In this document: positions 19,150 to 30,367 of the stretch, one piece after another | Numbering within the stretch: the stretch's first letter is position 1 | Layout: each line of letters opens with the position of its first letter | NCBI GenBank assembly: GCA_046757025.1 | Contig: JBHHXN010000005.1 | Span: 25,989 to 89,988, forward strand | Direction of reading: 5' to 3' | Length of the DNA: 64,000 nt | From: a bacterium | GTDB taxonomy: Bacteria; Zhuqueibacterota; Zhuqueibacteria; Oceanimicrobiales; Oceanimicrobiaceae | Made by a program: the position numbers and the translations under genes | The notes under the pieces: model-generated | Database searches by the model: none | The model's input: the letters and a program-made list of their open reading frames with translations, nothing else | What the model was told of the DNA's origin: nothing

Positions 19150-20382
19150 ATGTATGATAAAATAGAAGACGCCATAGAGGATTACCGTCAGGGGAAAATA
19201 CTGATCGTGGTGGATGACGAGGAACGGGAGAACGAAGGCGATTTCATTATGGCAGCAGAAAAAGTCACACCAGAAAAAATCAATTTCATGGCTAAATATG
19301 GCCGGGGTTTGATATGCGTTCCCATGACGGGCGAACGTCTGGATGAGCTGGACCTGCATCCCATGGTTAGTGAAAATACGGAGAAATTGCAAACTTACTT
19401 CACGGTTTCGGTGGATGCGAAAAAAAACACCACCACGGGTATTTCGGCCTTTGACCGTTGCGAAACCGTCAGAACGCTCATTGCTCCCAACACCCGTGCG
19501 CAGGATCTGGCGCGGCCGGGGCACATCTTTCCTTTACGCGCACGCAAGGGCGGGGTGCTGGTACGCACCGGCCACACCGAAGCCGCCGTGGATTTTGCGA
19601 AATTAGCCGGCTTGTATCCAGCGGGTGTTTTGTGCGAAATCATGGATGACGACGGCCGCATGGCGCGTAGTGATAAATTGCGGGAAATTGCTGACCGGTT
19701 TGAACTCAAGATCATTACCATACGCGACTTGATCGAATTTCGGCGCAAAAATGAAATTCTGATCAAGAGAGAAGTCACCACTCATTTTCCCACTAAAAAC
19801 GGGGAGTTTAAGCTGCATCTCTACAGCAGCAAATACGACGATCAACTTCATGTAGCCGTGGTTAAAGGAGATGTCAGCGATGGCGAACCCACTCTGGTGC
19901 GGGTGCATTCACAATGTCTCACCGGCGATATTTTTGGTTCTCTGCGTTGCGATTGCGGTGATCAGCTCAAACAAGCTCTGCGTATGATCGAAAAAGAAGG
20001 CAAAGGGGTGGTGCTCTACATGCGCCAGGAAGGCCGGGGCATCGGGCTTGAAAATAAGATCAAAGCTTATGAATTACAGGACCGCGGCAAAGACACGGTG
20101 GAAGCCAATGAAGCGCTGGGTTTCAAAGCCGATTTGCGGCACTATGGCATCGGAGCTCAGATTTTGCACGATCTGGGAATTCGTAAGATTCGCCTGCTGA
20201 CCAATAATCCCAAAAAGATTGTCGGCATCACCGGCTATGGCCTGGAAGTAGTCGAAAGGGTTAAAATTGAAGTCCAACCAAATAAAGCCAATGTTAAATA
20301 TCTCGAAACCAAACGGGACAAGTTAGGTCACCTGCTGAGTTTCGTGGACTGTGAACCAAACCAAGAGAACGAAGAAAAATGA
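19150..20382 (+). CDS. ribBA: Bifunctional DHBP synthase / GTP cyclohydrolase II
   Basis: [50 protein letters not shown]. Confidence 0.97.
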   Translation: MYDKIEDAIEDYRQGKILIVVDDEERENEGDFIMAAEKVTPEKINFMAKYGRGLICVPMTGERLDELDLHPMVSENTEKLQTYFTVSVDAKKNTTTGISAFDRCETVRTLIAPNTRAQDLARPGHIFPLRARKGGVLVRTGHTEAAVDFAKLAGLYPAGVLCEIMDDDGRMARSDKLREIADRFELKIITIRDLIEFRRKNEILIKREVTTHFPTKNGEFKLHLYSSKYDDQLHVAVVKGDVSDGEPTLVRVHSQCLTGDIFGSLRCDCGDQLKQALRMIEKEGKGVVLYMRQEGRGIGLENKIKAYELQDRGKDTVEANEALGFKADLRHYGIGAQILHDLGIRKIRLLTNNPKKIVGITGYGLEVVERVKIEVQPNKANVKYLETKRDKLGHLLSFVDCEPNQENEEK

Positions 20383-20864
20383 GCAAAACGATTGCAGGGC
20401 AATTAACTGCTAAAGACAAGAAGTTTGGAATCGTAGTGGCCCGTTTTAACAATTTTATTTCAAAGCAGCTTTTGGACGGGGCCATGGATTGTTTGCTGCG
20501 GCACGGCGCTTCGGAAGATGATATCGAAATCGTTTGGGTGCCCGGTTCATTTGAGCTGCCCCTGGCCGCCCAAAAATTAGCAAACTCAAAAAAGTACCAT
20601 TGTGTGATTTGTTTGGGCGCCATCATCCGAGGTCAAACCCCGCATTTTGATTATATCGCGGCCGAAGCCACTAAAGGCATTGCACAGGTCGCCCTATCTT
20701 CGGGAATCCCAACGGCCTACGGGCTTATCACTTCAGATTCGCTGGAGCAAGCCATAGAACGAGCCGGTACCAAAGCGGGAAACAAAGGCTGGGATGCGGC
20801 GCTGTCGGGATTGGAGATGGCAGATTTATTTGAGCAACTGGACGGCCAACAATTATCAAAGTAG
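20379..20864 (+). CDS. ribH: 6,7-dimethyl-8-ribityllumazine synthase
   Basis: [31 protein letters not shown]. Confidence 0.97.
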   Translation: MSKTIAGQLTAKDKKFGIVVARFNNFISKQLLDGAMDCLLRHGASEDDIEIVWVPGSFELPLAAQKLANSKKYHCVICLGAIIRGQTPHFDYIAAEATKGIAQVALSSGIPTAYGLITSDSLEQAIERAGTKAGNKGWDAALSGLEMADLFEQLDGQQLSK

Positions 20865-20880
20865 CCAGGTACCATATTAG

Positions 20881-23124
20881 ATGTTTTCATTTCATAAACT
20901 TAGATTGATTTTATTTTTCGGATTGATTTTTTTACATATATTTTGGGAGTCTGCTAACAGCCAGGATCTGGAATGGCAGAGCTTTACCAGCGTCGGCGTG
21001 ATTCAGGATATCGATGTAAAAAACGGCGTGGTGTGGAGCGGATCCAACGGCGGCGCGCTGCAAATGGACATCAGCCGTGGTGAGTTTACCAAATTCACCA
21101 ACACAGAAGGTCTTTCTGGAAACGAAATCGTGGCGGTGGAAATCGATGATCAAGCGACGGTCTGGTTTGCTTTGGCTGATGGCGTTTTGAATCGCTATTT
21201 CCCGGAGACCGATAGCTGGCACGTCATCAATGAGTACCCCAACGAGGTCATCACGGATCTGGTTTCGGTGGGCGATTCGCTCTACGTCGGGTTGGATACG
21301 GGTGTGAGTTTATTCATCATTTCGAAAAATGAAGTGAAAGAAACCTATTTGAATTTCGGTTTTTCCAGGGGCAAAATTGTCGAAAAAGTGCGCGCCAATT
21401 CGGTTTTTATCAGCTCGCGGGATATCTGGGTTGCCACGGACCGGGGCCTGGCACAAGCCTCGCTATCAAAAACGAATTTACAAGCGCCGGACAACTGGAC
21501 CAAGCACACCACCCAGAATGGTTTGTTAACCAATATAGTACACGAAGTAGTGGTTCGGGACACCATCCCGTTTGCAGCCACCAATGTGGGGGTCATGCAA
21601 TTCGTGGAGGGTCGATGGCAGAAGGTTGGCACGCTGAATGCAAATGTGCTGTCCATCGACGTGGCACAGCCAAATTCGTTGTTCAGCCAGGCAACCATCG
21701 TGATATTAACTTCAACGGGCGTCTTTTACCTGGACGCTTCCGGGCAATGGCTGCGACTGGGCGCCAGCTTAAACGACATTTCGGCGTTTAAAGCCGACGA
21801 TCTTGGCAATGTTTGGATAGGCCGAAAGGATAAAGGGTTGGCAAAAATCAATTTTGAGTTTAACCCTCCAGACTGGCAGTTGTTCGAAACCAACAGTCCC
21901 GCAAGCAATAATTTTAAAGGTCTAGCACTGGATGCTAAAAATCGGCTGTGGTGCGCTTCACAGGGCGGCGGCATTCACATGTGGGATGGCCAGAATTGGC
22001 GCAACTGGTCGCGCAATGACGACCTGAAAAGCGATGATCAAAGAACGGTTCTAGTGGACAGTAGTGGACGGATTTGGTTTGGAAGCTGGGGCGGAGGCAT
22101 CACCATTTTCGAGGAAGCCTCAGATAACTTCACCATTTCTAAAATCGACACCACCGACGGTATTTTGGCGGGGTCCGACACGCCGGCGTTTGTGCTCATA
22201 ACGAATCTAATTGCCGACCGGCATGGCAACATCTGGATTGTCAACCGACAGGCAAACAACGCACGGGTACTGGCCGTGAACACACCCGATAACCGGTATC
22301 AATATTTTTCATCCACTTTTCAGGAAATCGGCACCCCTTTTATCATGACAATGGAAATTGATAACGCCGATCGCGTCTGGATCGGCACCGAAGACCGCGG
22401 CATCAAAGTGATCGATTACGGCAGCACCCTGTTTGATAAAAACGACGATGATTACTCGCAGGGGTTAAATACCAGCGAAGGTCTTTTTTCAAACAAAATC
22501 ACCGCTTTGAAAGAGGACCGAGACGGCGTCATGTGGATCGGCTCGGAAGAGGGCGTCAACAAATGGTTTCAGGGTATGGTCAGAAATGAGTTCGGTTTGA
22601 TCAATGATTTTGTCAACACCATCGGAGTGGATGCCAGAAACAATAAATGGTTTGGCACAGCAAACGGCGTGAGTGTGCTCAGCAACGACGGTGTTTCCTG
22701 GACGCACTACACCACCGGCAACAGCCCCCTGGTGAGCGGCAACGTGCTTTCGTTTGCTTTTAACTTTGAAAGCGGCGAAGTCTGGATCGGGACCAGCAAC
22801 GGTCTGTCGCGTTTAAAAACCCCTTTTACCGCATCGAAGCAGAACCTGAGTTTGCTGTCAGGTTATCCAAACCCTTTTGTCATCGATCGCACGAACAAAG
22901 TTTTTACCATCACCAATCTGGCCGAAAACACCAAAGTTGTTATTTACAACGCAACGGGTTCCATTGTCAAAACATTCAAGCCGGAAGAAATTCCAGGGGC
23001 CCGGGTCGAGTGGGATGGCAAGAACGAAAAAAATCAGTTTGTCGCCAGCGGGATTTATGTTTATCTGGCTTTTACCGACACCGGCGTGTCTGCTGCCGGG
23101 AAAGTGGCGGTCATCCGAAAGTGA
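20881..23124 (+). CDS. PorZ-like beta-propeller protein with C-terminal T9SS-type sorting domain
   Basis: Repeated D..G.IW.GT..G regulator-propeller blades; C-terminal YPNPF...WDGKN....VASGIY...GKVAVIR. Confidence 0.75.
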   Translation: MFSFHKLRLILFFGLIFLHIFWESANSQDLEWQSFTSVGVIQDIDVKNGVVWSGSNGGALQMDISRGEFTKFTNTEGLSGNEIVAVEIDDQATVWFALADGVLNRYFPETDSWHVINEYPNEVITDLVSVGDSLYVGLDTGVSLFIISKNEVKETYLNFGFSRGKIVEKVRANSVFISSRDIWVATDRGLAQASLSKTNLQAPDNWTKHTTQNGLLTNIVHEVVVRDTIPFAATNVGVMQFVEGRWQKVGTLNANVLSIDVAQPNSLFSQATIVILTSTGVFYLDASGQWLRLGASLNDISAFKADDLGNVWIGRKDKGLAKINFEFNPPDWQLFETNSPASNNFKGLALDAKNRLWCASQGGGIHMWDGQNWRNWSRNDDLKSDDQRTVLVDSSGRIWFGSWGGGITIFEEASDNFTISKIDTTDGILAGSDTPAFVLITNLIADRHGNIWIVNRQANNARVLAVNTPDNRYQYFSSTFQEIGTPFIMTMEIDNADRVWIGTEDRGIKVIDYGSTLFDKNDDDYSQGLNTSEGLFSNKITALKEDRDGVMWIGSEEGVNKWFQGMVRNEFGLINDFVNTIGVDARNNKWFGTANGVSVLSNDGVSWTHYTTGNSPLVSGNVLSFAFNFESGEVWIGTSNGLSRLKTPFTASKQNLSLLSGYPNPFVIDRTNKVFTITNLAENTKVVIYNATGSIVKTFKPEEIPGARVEWDGKNEKNQFVASGIYVYLAFTDTGVSAAGKVAVIRK

Positions 23125-23219
23125 TGAGCTTGGTAACCATCGCTGTATAATTTTCATATACTGTTCAAAAATCGACCGATTTTTCAATTGAATTAAAAGG
23201 AATTAGATCAGAATTAGTC

Positions 23220-24935
23220 ATGTTGAAATCGCTGACCATAAAAAATTATGCGCTTTTAGCTGATGTCGAAATTCACTTCGGGGAAGGGCTAAATATCCTC
23301 ACCGGCGAGACCGGCGCTGGCAAGTCGATCCTCATCGGCGCGCTCGCTACCATTTTGGGCGATCGCGTGGATACCACGGTTCTGAGAGAAGGCTGTTCAA
23401 AGGCCGTAATTGAAGGCCTATTCGCACTCCAAGACAATGGTGGTCTCAGCGACTATTTAAAAGCACAAGACTTAGCTACCGATGATCAGGTTCTGATTCT
23501 GCGTCGTGAGATTTATGACAACGGTCGTTCCCGCGCCTTTGTCAACGACTCACCGGTACAACTGAGCATTTTGCAAGCGGTTGGCGATTTTTTGGTGGAT
23601 TTGCACGGCCAGCATGAACATCAATCGCTGCTGAAAACGCCAAATCATCTGCGGTTCATCGATAGTCTGGGAGATTATCAAGCTGATTTGGACGCCGTTT
23701 CCGTACAGTTCCATCAAATTCAGAAATTTAAAAAACACCTGAGCGAGCTTGAAAGTCAACAAAAAATCGTCAATGAAAAAAAAGATTTAATTCTTTTTCA
23801 ACTTGCTGAAATTAATAAAATTAACCCGTCTAAGGATGAAGAAGAAGAGCTTTTAAAAGAAGAGAAGATCGTTAAAAACGGTGAAAAGCTATTTAAGCTC
23901 ACCAATGAATTTTACCAGATTTTGTATGAAGGAGAACATTCTGTATTTGACAAATTGAGTGCTGTCGAACATGGCCTTGATGAGCTGAGAAGTATCGATG
24001 AGCAATTTGACCAGCATAAAAACGACTGCGCAAACGCCCGGTTAGCGGTTGAAGAAATCTCAAAAGCTTTTCAAAATTATCAGTCGAAAATTGTTTTCGA
24101 TCCGGACCGACTGGAGCAAATTCAAAGCCGCATCGCGGAGCTTTCGGGCTTGAAAAAGAAATACGGTCGTTCCATATCGGAAATATTGAAATTACGTGAT
24201 AATTTACAAAAGGAAATTCAGGATTTAGAAAATCTGGACAGCCAGATTAGTGCCTTTGAAGAAGAGCTGGATGTTCAAAAAAAGCGCTTTTCACAACAGT
24301 GCGTGAGTTTGAGCGAAAAACGGAAACAGGTTTGTCAACAGTTGGAAAGCGTCGTACCCGAAATTTTGAGCTATCTGGGAATGTATCATGTTCGTTTCAA
24401 AACGAATCTAAAGTATCAAAATGATCCAAAAGGTGAGGTGTTCCATCAAGGTCAAACCTACCTGGCTAAGGCAACTGGCATAGACTTTGCAGAGTTTTTA
24501 ATATCTGTAAATGAGGGTGAGGATTTGAAGCCGTTAGTGAAAGTCGCATCCGGCGGCGAAATCTCCCGAATCATGTTAACTTTAAAATCTGTTGCAGCCA
24601 GGAAAGGTCTCATACCGGTTTTGGTTTTTGATGAGATTGATATTGGTGTTTCAGGTCGCATTGCGCAAGCGGTAGGTCGAAAATTGAAAGACATTTCCGA
24701 AATTCATCAGGTAATTTGCATTACCCATCTGCCGCAAATAGCGAGCATGGCCGGCCACCACTACTCAGTTAATAAAATTGTAAAGGAAGGCAGAACCGAG
24801 ACCACCATAAAAAAACTATCGGATCCGGAACGAACGGAGGCCATTGCAAGATTGCTCGCGGGTGAAAAAGTGTCTGAAACCCATTTAAACAGCGCACGTG
24901 AATTGTTACATGATGCAGCAGTGAATTCAAATTGA
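23220..24935 (+). CDS. recN: DNA repair protein RecN
   Basis: LTGETGAGKS, DLHGQHEHQ, VASGGEISR, FDEID.GVSG, ITHLPQIA. Confidence 0.97.
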   Translation: MLKSLTIKNYALLADVEIHFGEGLNILTGETGAGKSILIGALATILGDRVDTTVLREGCSKAVIEGLFALQDNGGLSDYLKAQDLATDDQVLILRREIYDNGRSRAFVNDSPVQLSILQAVGDFLVDLHGQHEHQSLLKTPNHLRFIDSLGDYQADLDAVSVQFHQIQKFKKHLSELESQQKIVNEKKDLILFQLAEINKINPSKDEEEELLKEEKIVKNGEKLFKLTNEFYQILYEGEHSVFDKLSAVEHGLDELRSIDEQFDQHKNDCANARLAVEEISKAFQNYQSKIVFDPDRLEQIQSRIAELSGLKKKYGRSISEILKLRDNLQKEIQDLENLDSQISAFEEELDVQKKRFSQQCVSLSEKRKQVCQQLESVVPEILSYLGMYHVRFKTNLKYQNDPKGEVFHQGQTYLAKATGIDFAEFLISVNEGEDLKPLVKVASGGEISRIMLTLKSVAARKGLIPVLVFDEIDIGVSGRIAQAVGRKLKDISEIHQVICITHLPQIASMAGHHYSVNKIVKEGRTETTIKKLSDPERTEAIARLLAGEKVSETHLNSARELLHDAAVNSN

Positions 24936-25023
24936 AATATTCATTTCAAACCATGTTTGAAAATTAAACAGAGCTTTTTTTTCGTATAAGTTGGTATTCG
25001 TGACAACTTAAGGAGTAACCATC

Positions 25024-25905
25024 ATGTCGCAGATTAGAAAAATTTTGAGTACATCATTCATGTCACTTTTATTAGTGATTTGGGGGCTTTTTATGGTGTG
25101 TAGCGGACGCGTGCCAGATGTCAATATTGAAGACGACTTTTCGGATTTTGAAACAGACTCCAACGAAAGTGAAAAAGCGGATCTGATGAACCAACTGGCG
25201 CTTTTGGACGATGAGCCAACCAATTTGGAAGATGCGCAAAGAAGTGAAATTCTGGAAGCGCTTGGAATCGAAACCAATGGCAGCGGTTCGCGCAGCAAAC
25301 AAGAAGATGATTTTTTGACGGAAGAATTGTTCCTGGACCTGGAAGTGGAAATTGCGGAATTAGAGAAAATGTCCAAAAACAAAACCAAAGCCATCGACAG
25401 CTTGCGATTGGAGCTGCAGGAAGCAGACCATCAGATCAATGCCCTGACCAACCTGGTGGACTCACCGTCACCACAATTTGCATCGAAATCGATTTCGGCT
25501 CCGCAATATGCCCAGTCAAATGGCTTTAGCACGGAATATGGCTTGTTTTATCAGGACGCGCTGGACGATGTGTACAGCCACAAGTACACTTCGGCAATTG
25601 CTAAATTTAACGATATCCTGAAAATGGATGACAAGGAAAATCTGGCCGACAATTGTCAATACTGGATTGGTGAATGTTATTTTGCTATGGGCAATTATGA
25701 ATTGGCCATTGCGGAATTCGAAAAAGTTTTTGCCTTCGAAGTGAACAACAAAGCGGACGATGCCCAGTTTATGATCGGCATGGCTTATTTGAAAATTGGG
25801 GAAAAACAGTTAGCTGAAATCGAATTGACTAATTTGCTCACTTACTATGAAAGCAGCGAATACGCTTCCCGCGCTGAACAGCAGCTACTCGACTTAAATA
25901 TTTAG
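25024..25905 (+). CDS. TPR protein, CpoB/YbgF-like, probable lipoprotein
   Basis: Signal with Cys; coiled coil; LADNCQYWIGECY...KADDAQF TPRs typical of the YbgF C-terminus. Confidence 0.75.
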   Translation: MSQIRKILSTSFMSLLLVIWGLFMVCSGRVPDVNIEDDFSDFETDSNESEKADLMNQLALLDDEPTNLEDAQRSEILEALGIETNGSGSRSKQEDDFLTEELFLDLEVEIAELEKMSKNKTKAIDSLRLELQEADHQINALTNLVDSPSPQFASKSISAPQYAQSNGFSTEYGLFYQDALDDVYSHKYTSAIAKFNDILKMDDKENLADNCQYWIGECYFAMGNYELAIAEFEKVFAFEVNNKADDAQFMIGMAYLKIGEKQLAEIELTNLLTYYESSEYASRAEQQLLDLNI

Positions 25906-26061
25906 TGCCTGACCGAAAACTCGAAATGCGCGATATAAAAATCAAGTATGCGAAAGCGTCCCTTTGACAAAGTTCAGGACGGTGCCCGCCGAACTATGCT
26001 GGGATTCACCCTCAGCCACGAGGCCTTCAGCTAAGAGAGCGATCGTTTTCCGCCAGACACT
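25903..26061. mobile_element. MITE-like element family A, copy 2
   Basis: TAGTGCCTGACCGAAAAC ... GTTTTCCGCCAGACACT imperfect terminal IRs; homologous to 8386-8535; begins at the TAG stop of the upstream gene. Confidence 0.7.
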
Positions 26062-26130
26062 CTTTAACTGTTTTGCCATGAATCCGAAGTTCCAGAGAAC
26101 GCGCCAATCACCACCATGATAAAATAGGCT

Positions 26131-26154
26131 TCAGCCTGAGTGGAGTCGAAGGCT
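26131..26154. repeat. REP-like palindrome (TCAGCCTGAGTGGAGTCGAAGGCT)
   Basis: Near-identical to TCACCCTGAGCGGAGTCGAAGGGT at 33223-33246. Confidence 0.65.
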
Positions 26155-26859
26155 ATTTTTCAACTGGTCAATCATATTTGTAATCTGAGATTTTCCCGCG
26201 TAATTAACCTGAAACTACCTTGTAGCCCTGCAATTGAGGTAAAACCCGCCGCGCTTTTCCAGCGCACGCTTTTGATTCAACAATTCTTTTTAAACCTAAA
26301 TTGAGAGATTGAGCCTTGAATTTATTCCCAGCGCGGAGAAGCCGCAAATGTTTAAATGACTTGCTTTGTTGTGGTTCAAACCAAGGTGCGATTATCAGCA
26401 GTCATTAAGCTTCGCTGTCATTGACAGAGGGAGATTTTTGCCGCTGTCTAAAATAACGCCAAAGGCAAATGACCTGATGACTTTATGACGGGTCGTGTCA
26501 TTCGCTTCACATCATTTAGCCATTTTCTTGTAAAAAGTGCAAATGTTCAGAAGTAATACTAGAAATGGGTGAGACGTTTGCAGGAAATGTATTAATCTGG
26601 TTGTTCATACCTCCGGCAAAAGGAAGCTTGAACACAGAGCCTTCTCCCCTCAGAATCGTTCAATTTTGGTTAGCTACAAATTTTTTGCGCTAAACAGTTT
26701 GTTGTCAACTCGAAGTATTCACAGAGAATGGGGATTGGCGCTGCCAAAACTGGTTTGTGGAAAAGACAGGGAGCGCACTCCTTTTGAATTTCTATTTCAC
26801 TCTATTTGTGAAAAAATCGGCGGGTGAAAAAAAATATTGATATTTTTATTTTTCTGTTG

Positions 26860-26888
26860 TTGAAAATGCCAACGGAATTTATTATATT
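26860..26888 (+). promoter_or_regulatory. sigma-70 promoter immediately upstream of dnaE
   Basis: TTGAAA-17 bp-TATATT ending 5 nt before the ATG. Confidence 0.55.
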
Positions 26889-26893
26889 AGCTC

Positions 26894-29800
26894 ATGCCTC
26901 AATTTATTCATCTCCATAATCATTCTCACTACAGTTTGCTCGACGGGGCTTGCAAGATCGAAGACCTGATAAAAGCAGCACAGGAAACCGGCATGCCGGC
27001 GCTGGCGCTAACTGATCACGGCAATATGTTCGGGGCCATTGAATTCTACAAAAAGGCCCGCAGCAAAGGTCTCAAACCCATCATCGGGGTGGAAACGTAT
27101 GTGGCGCCGGGCAGCAGAAAGGAGAAAAAATCTACCAAAGGCATTTCCGATACGTCTTACCATCTTGTGCTTCTGGCGAAAAATAAAGAGGGCTATCAAA
27201 ATTTAATGCGCCTGGTGTCTATCGGCTATCTCGAAGGATTTTACTATCGACCCCGTATCGATAAAGAGGTGCTGCAGAAGTACAGTCAGGGTTTGATTGC
27301 CATGTCGGCCTGTTTGAAAGGCGAAGTGCCGTATAAATTGTTGAAATACGATTACGATACCGCCAAAAAAGCCGCCCTTGAATATCAGAACATATTTAAG
27401 GACGATTACTATCTGGAAATTCAGAATCACGGCATAAAAAAAGAAGACCTGGCGCGCGAGGGCATTTATGCTTTGAGCCAGGAATTGAGCATCCCCCTGG
27501 TTGCCACCAACGATATTCATTATTTGAAAAGAGAACACTGCTCTCCCCACGACGTACTCATCTGTTTGCAAACCGGCAAGGACCGTGACGATCCGAAACG
27601 CTTGCGTTACACGACGGATCAAATCTATTTCAAAACGCAGGAAGAAATGGCGCAAACCTTTGCGCAGTATTCCGAAGCCATCAGCATCACCGCGGACATC
27701 GCAGACAAATGCAATCTGGAATTTGACTTCAAAGTCACGCACTTGCCAAAATTTGAAATTCCGGCCGACGCTGAACAAACGACGTTAGAAGATTATTTAG
27801 AATACCTGACCTTTCAGGGCGCCCGGGAAAGATTTGATGAGATCACACCAGAAATTGAAGAGCGTTTACGACATGAGCTCGGCATTATCAACAAAATGGG
27901 TTACGCTGGCTATTTTCTCATCGTCATGGATTTCATCAAATATGCGGTGAGTAGGGGCATACCGGTGGGACCGGGCCGCGGATCGGCGGCCGGCAGCCTG
28001 GTTTCGTACTGTCTCGGCATCACCAACATTGAACCGTTAAAATATAATCTCATTTTCGAGCGGTTTTTAAATCCCGAAAGGGTGACCATGCCGGACATCG
28101 ACATCGATTTTTGTTATGAGCGGCGCGAAGAAATCATCGAATATGTCAAGAAAAAGTACGGTGAAAAAAACGTAACCCAGATCATCACTTTCGGCACCAT
28201 GGCGGCGCGTGCGGTCATTCGGGACGTGGGCCGGGTGTTGAAAATCAGCTTCGGCGATGTGGACCGCATCGCAAAAATGATTCCCGCATCTCCGAACATG
28301 ACGCTGGAGAAAGCGCGTAATTCCATCACGGAGTTCAAAAAAATCAGCGAACAGGATGAAATTCACAAACAACTAATCGAATATTCCAATGTTCTGGAAG
28401 GCCTGGCCCGGCACGCTTCCACGCACGCGGCGGGAGTGGTCATTACACCGGATGAGCTGACGAACTACACTCCGCTCTACAAATCCAGCCAAGGGGATGT
28501 GACCACGCAATACGACATGAAATGCCTGGAAAATATCGGTGTATTGAAAATGGATTTTCTGGGTTTGCGAACCCTCACCGTCATCGATAAAACCATCAAA
28601 TCCCTGGAAGCAAAAGGCATCCACGTCGATATCAACAAAATCGATCTGGAAGATCCAAATGTGTACGAGATATTTTCTCGTGGGGAAACAGTAGGAATCT
28701 TTCAGTTTGAAAGTTCCGGCATGCGGGAGTATTTGCGCAAACTGCGGCCGCAAGCGTTCGAAGATTTGATCGCCATGAACGCGCTTTATCGCCCTGGCCC
28801 CATGGATTGGATCGACGATTTTATTCAGCGCAGAAACGGACAGAAAAAAATCGAATATGTGCATCCCATGCTCGAGCCCATTTTGAAAGAAACGTACGGC
28901 ATCATTGTGTACCAGGAACAGGTGATGCGAATCGCCAGCGCACTAGCAGGCTTTAGCATGGGCAAAGCGGATTTGCTGCGCCGCGCCATGGGCAAAAAAG
29001 ATCCTGAGCTCATGGCCGAGCAGCGCTCTTTATTCCTCGAAGGGTGCGCAAAAAACAACATTTCCAAAAACCTGGCCAATCAGATATTTGATTTGATGGA
29101 CAAATTCGCGGGTTACGGGTTTGTGAAACCGCACTCCACTTGTTATGCCCTGGTTGCCTTTCAAACCGCCTACTTGAAGCGGTTTTATCCGGCTGAATTT
29201 ATGGCAGCCACGCTTTCCAGTGAAATGGGCACAACCAAACGCGTGGTGATTTTACTGGAAGAATGCAAGCGAATGGGATTAAGTGTGTTACCGCCTGATG
29301 TGAATCAAAGTCACGCGGATTTTATCGCCAGAGATAACGGCATTCATTTCGGTTTAGGGGCGGTTAAAAATGTGGGTAAAAATGCCATCGAATCCATTGT
29401 CAGCGCTCGGGAGGAAGGAGGTCCGTTTACAAAAATTTTCGAGCTGTGTGAACGCATCGATTCGCGACTGGTAAACAAGAAGGTGCTGGAAAGTCTAATT
29501 CAGGCCGGCGCCATGGATCAGCTCGAAGGCCACCGGGCACAAAAAATGCTCTGTGTTGAACAAGCCATCGGTTTCGCTCAAAGTACCCTGAAAAATAAAA
29601 TGAACGGCCAGACGGGTCTGTTTGATAACGATGACCCGTCCAATGCACAATATCCTCCCTTACCCACGGTGCCACAGTGGAGCAAATCCGAAGCACTTAC
29701 TCGTGAGAAAGAAATTTTAGGATTTTATCTTTCCGGGCATCCGCTAGATAAATTTCAGGACGAAGTCCAAATTTTTGCTACCGCACACCTCAACGAATTG

Positions 29801-30319
29801 GACGAATTGAAGGACGGGAAAGAGGTTAAAGTTTGCGGAATAGTGACCGAATGTAAAAATATCCTGGACAGGAAAAATAAACCCATGGCTTTTTTAACTT
29901 TGGAAGATTTTTATGGCGCCGCAGAAGTCATTGTATTTTCCAAAATATATGAAAAATATCGCGAACTTTTGGCGCCGGATTCCATGGTGGTGGTGTCGGG
30001 TCGCCTGAATACCAGAGAAGAAGGCGAAACCAAAATATTGTGCGACGAAGTGGTGGCCCTTCAAGATGTCTGGAATCATTATGCCAACAATTTACATCTT
30101 AACATGGAAGTGATGGGCGTGGACGATCCGATTTTAAATCAGGTCAATGAAATTCTGGTCGATAATCCGGGTAAATGCAATTTGTTCATAAATTTGAAAA
30201 CGTCAAAAGAACATCTCAAAATCATTAAATCCAAAAAAATAAAAGTCAATCCTGCCCCCGATGTTATCATGAAATTGCGTTCACTGTTGGGGCAGGAAAA
30301 CGTTTGGATGGAAGGTTAA
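26894..30319 (+). CDS. dnaE: DNA polymerase III subunit alpha
   Basis: HLHNHSHYSLLDG PHP domain, GPGRGSAAGS, PDIDID, KMDFLGL, GFYLSGHP. Confidence 0.98.
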   Translation: MPQFIHLHNHSHYSLLDGACKIEDLIKAAQETGMPALALTDHGNMFGAIEFYKKARSKGLKPIIGVETYVAPGSRKEKKSTKGISDTSYHLVLLAKNKEGYQNLMRLVSIGYLEGFYYRPRIDKEVLQKYSQGLIAMSACLKGEVPYKLLKYDYDTAKKAALEYQNIFKDDYYLEIQNHGIKKEDLAREGIYALSQELSIPLVATNDIHYLKREHCSPHDVLICLQTGKDRDDPKRLRYTTDQIYFKTQEEMAQTFAQYSEAISITADIADKCNLEFDFKVTHLPKFEIPADAEQTTLEDYLEYLTFQGARERFDEITPEIEERLRHELGIINKMGYAGYFLIVMDFIKYAVSRGIPVGPGRGSAAGSLVSYCLGITNIEPLKYNLIFERFLNPERVTMPDIDIDFCYERREEIIEYVKKKYGEKNVTQIITFGTMAARAVIRDVGRVLKISFGDVDRIAKMIPASPNMTLEKARNSITEFKKISEQDEIHKQLIEYSNVLEGLARHASTHAAGVVITPDELTNYTPLYKSSQGDVTTQYDMKCLENIGVLKMDFLGLRTLTVIDKTIKSLEAKGIHVDINKIDLEDPNVYEIFSRGETVGIFQFESSGMREYLRKLRPQAFEDLIAMNALYRPGPMDWIDDFIQRRNGQKKIEYVHPMLEPILKETYGIIVYQEQVMRIASALAGFSMGKADLLRRAMGKKDPELMAEQRSLFLEGCAKNNISKNLANQIFDLMDKFAGYGFVKPHSTCYALVAFQTAYLKRFYPAEFMAATLSSEMGTTKRVVILLEECKRMGLSVLPPDVNQSHADFIARDNGIHFGLGAVKNVGKNAIESIVSAREEGGPFTKIFELCERIDSRLVNKKVLESLIQAGAMDQLEGHRAQKMLCVEQAIGFAQSTLKNKMNGQTGLFDNDDPSNAQYPPLPTVPQWSKSEALTREKEILGFYLSGHPLDKFQDEVQIFATAHLNELDELKDGKEVKVCGIVTECKNILDRKNKPMAFLTLEDFYGAAEVIVFSKIYEKYRELLAPDSMVVVSGRLNTREEGETKILCDEVVALQDVWNHYANNLHLNMEVMGVDDPILNQVNEILVDNPGKCNLFINLKTSKEHLKIIKSKKIKVNPAPDVIMKLRSLLGQENVWMEG

Positions 30320-30367
30320 ATAAAATAATCAACACAATAATTGTCATTCATTGGAAAGGAGTGGGAC

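Noticed and set aside
26400..26490. GTCATT / AATGAC clustered inverted motifs
   Set aside because: Too degenerate to define ends or a family from this window
26894..30319. Inteins in DnaE (and in NrdJ)
   Set aside because: Lengths are normal and catalytic motifs are contiguous
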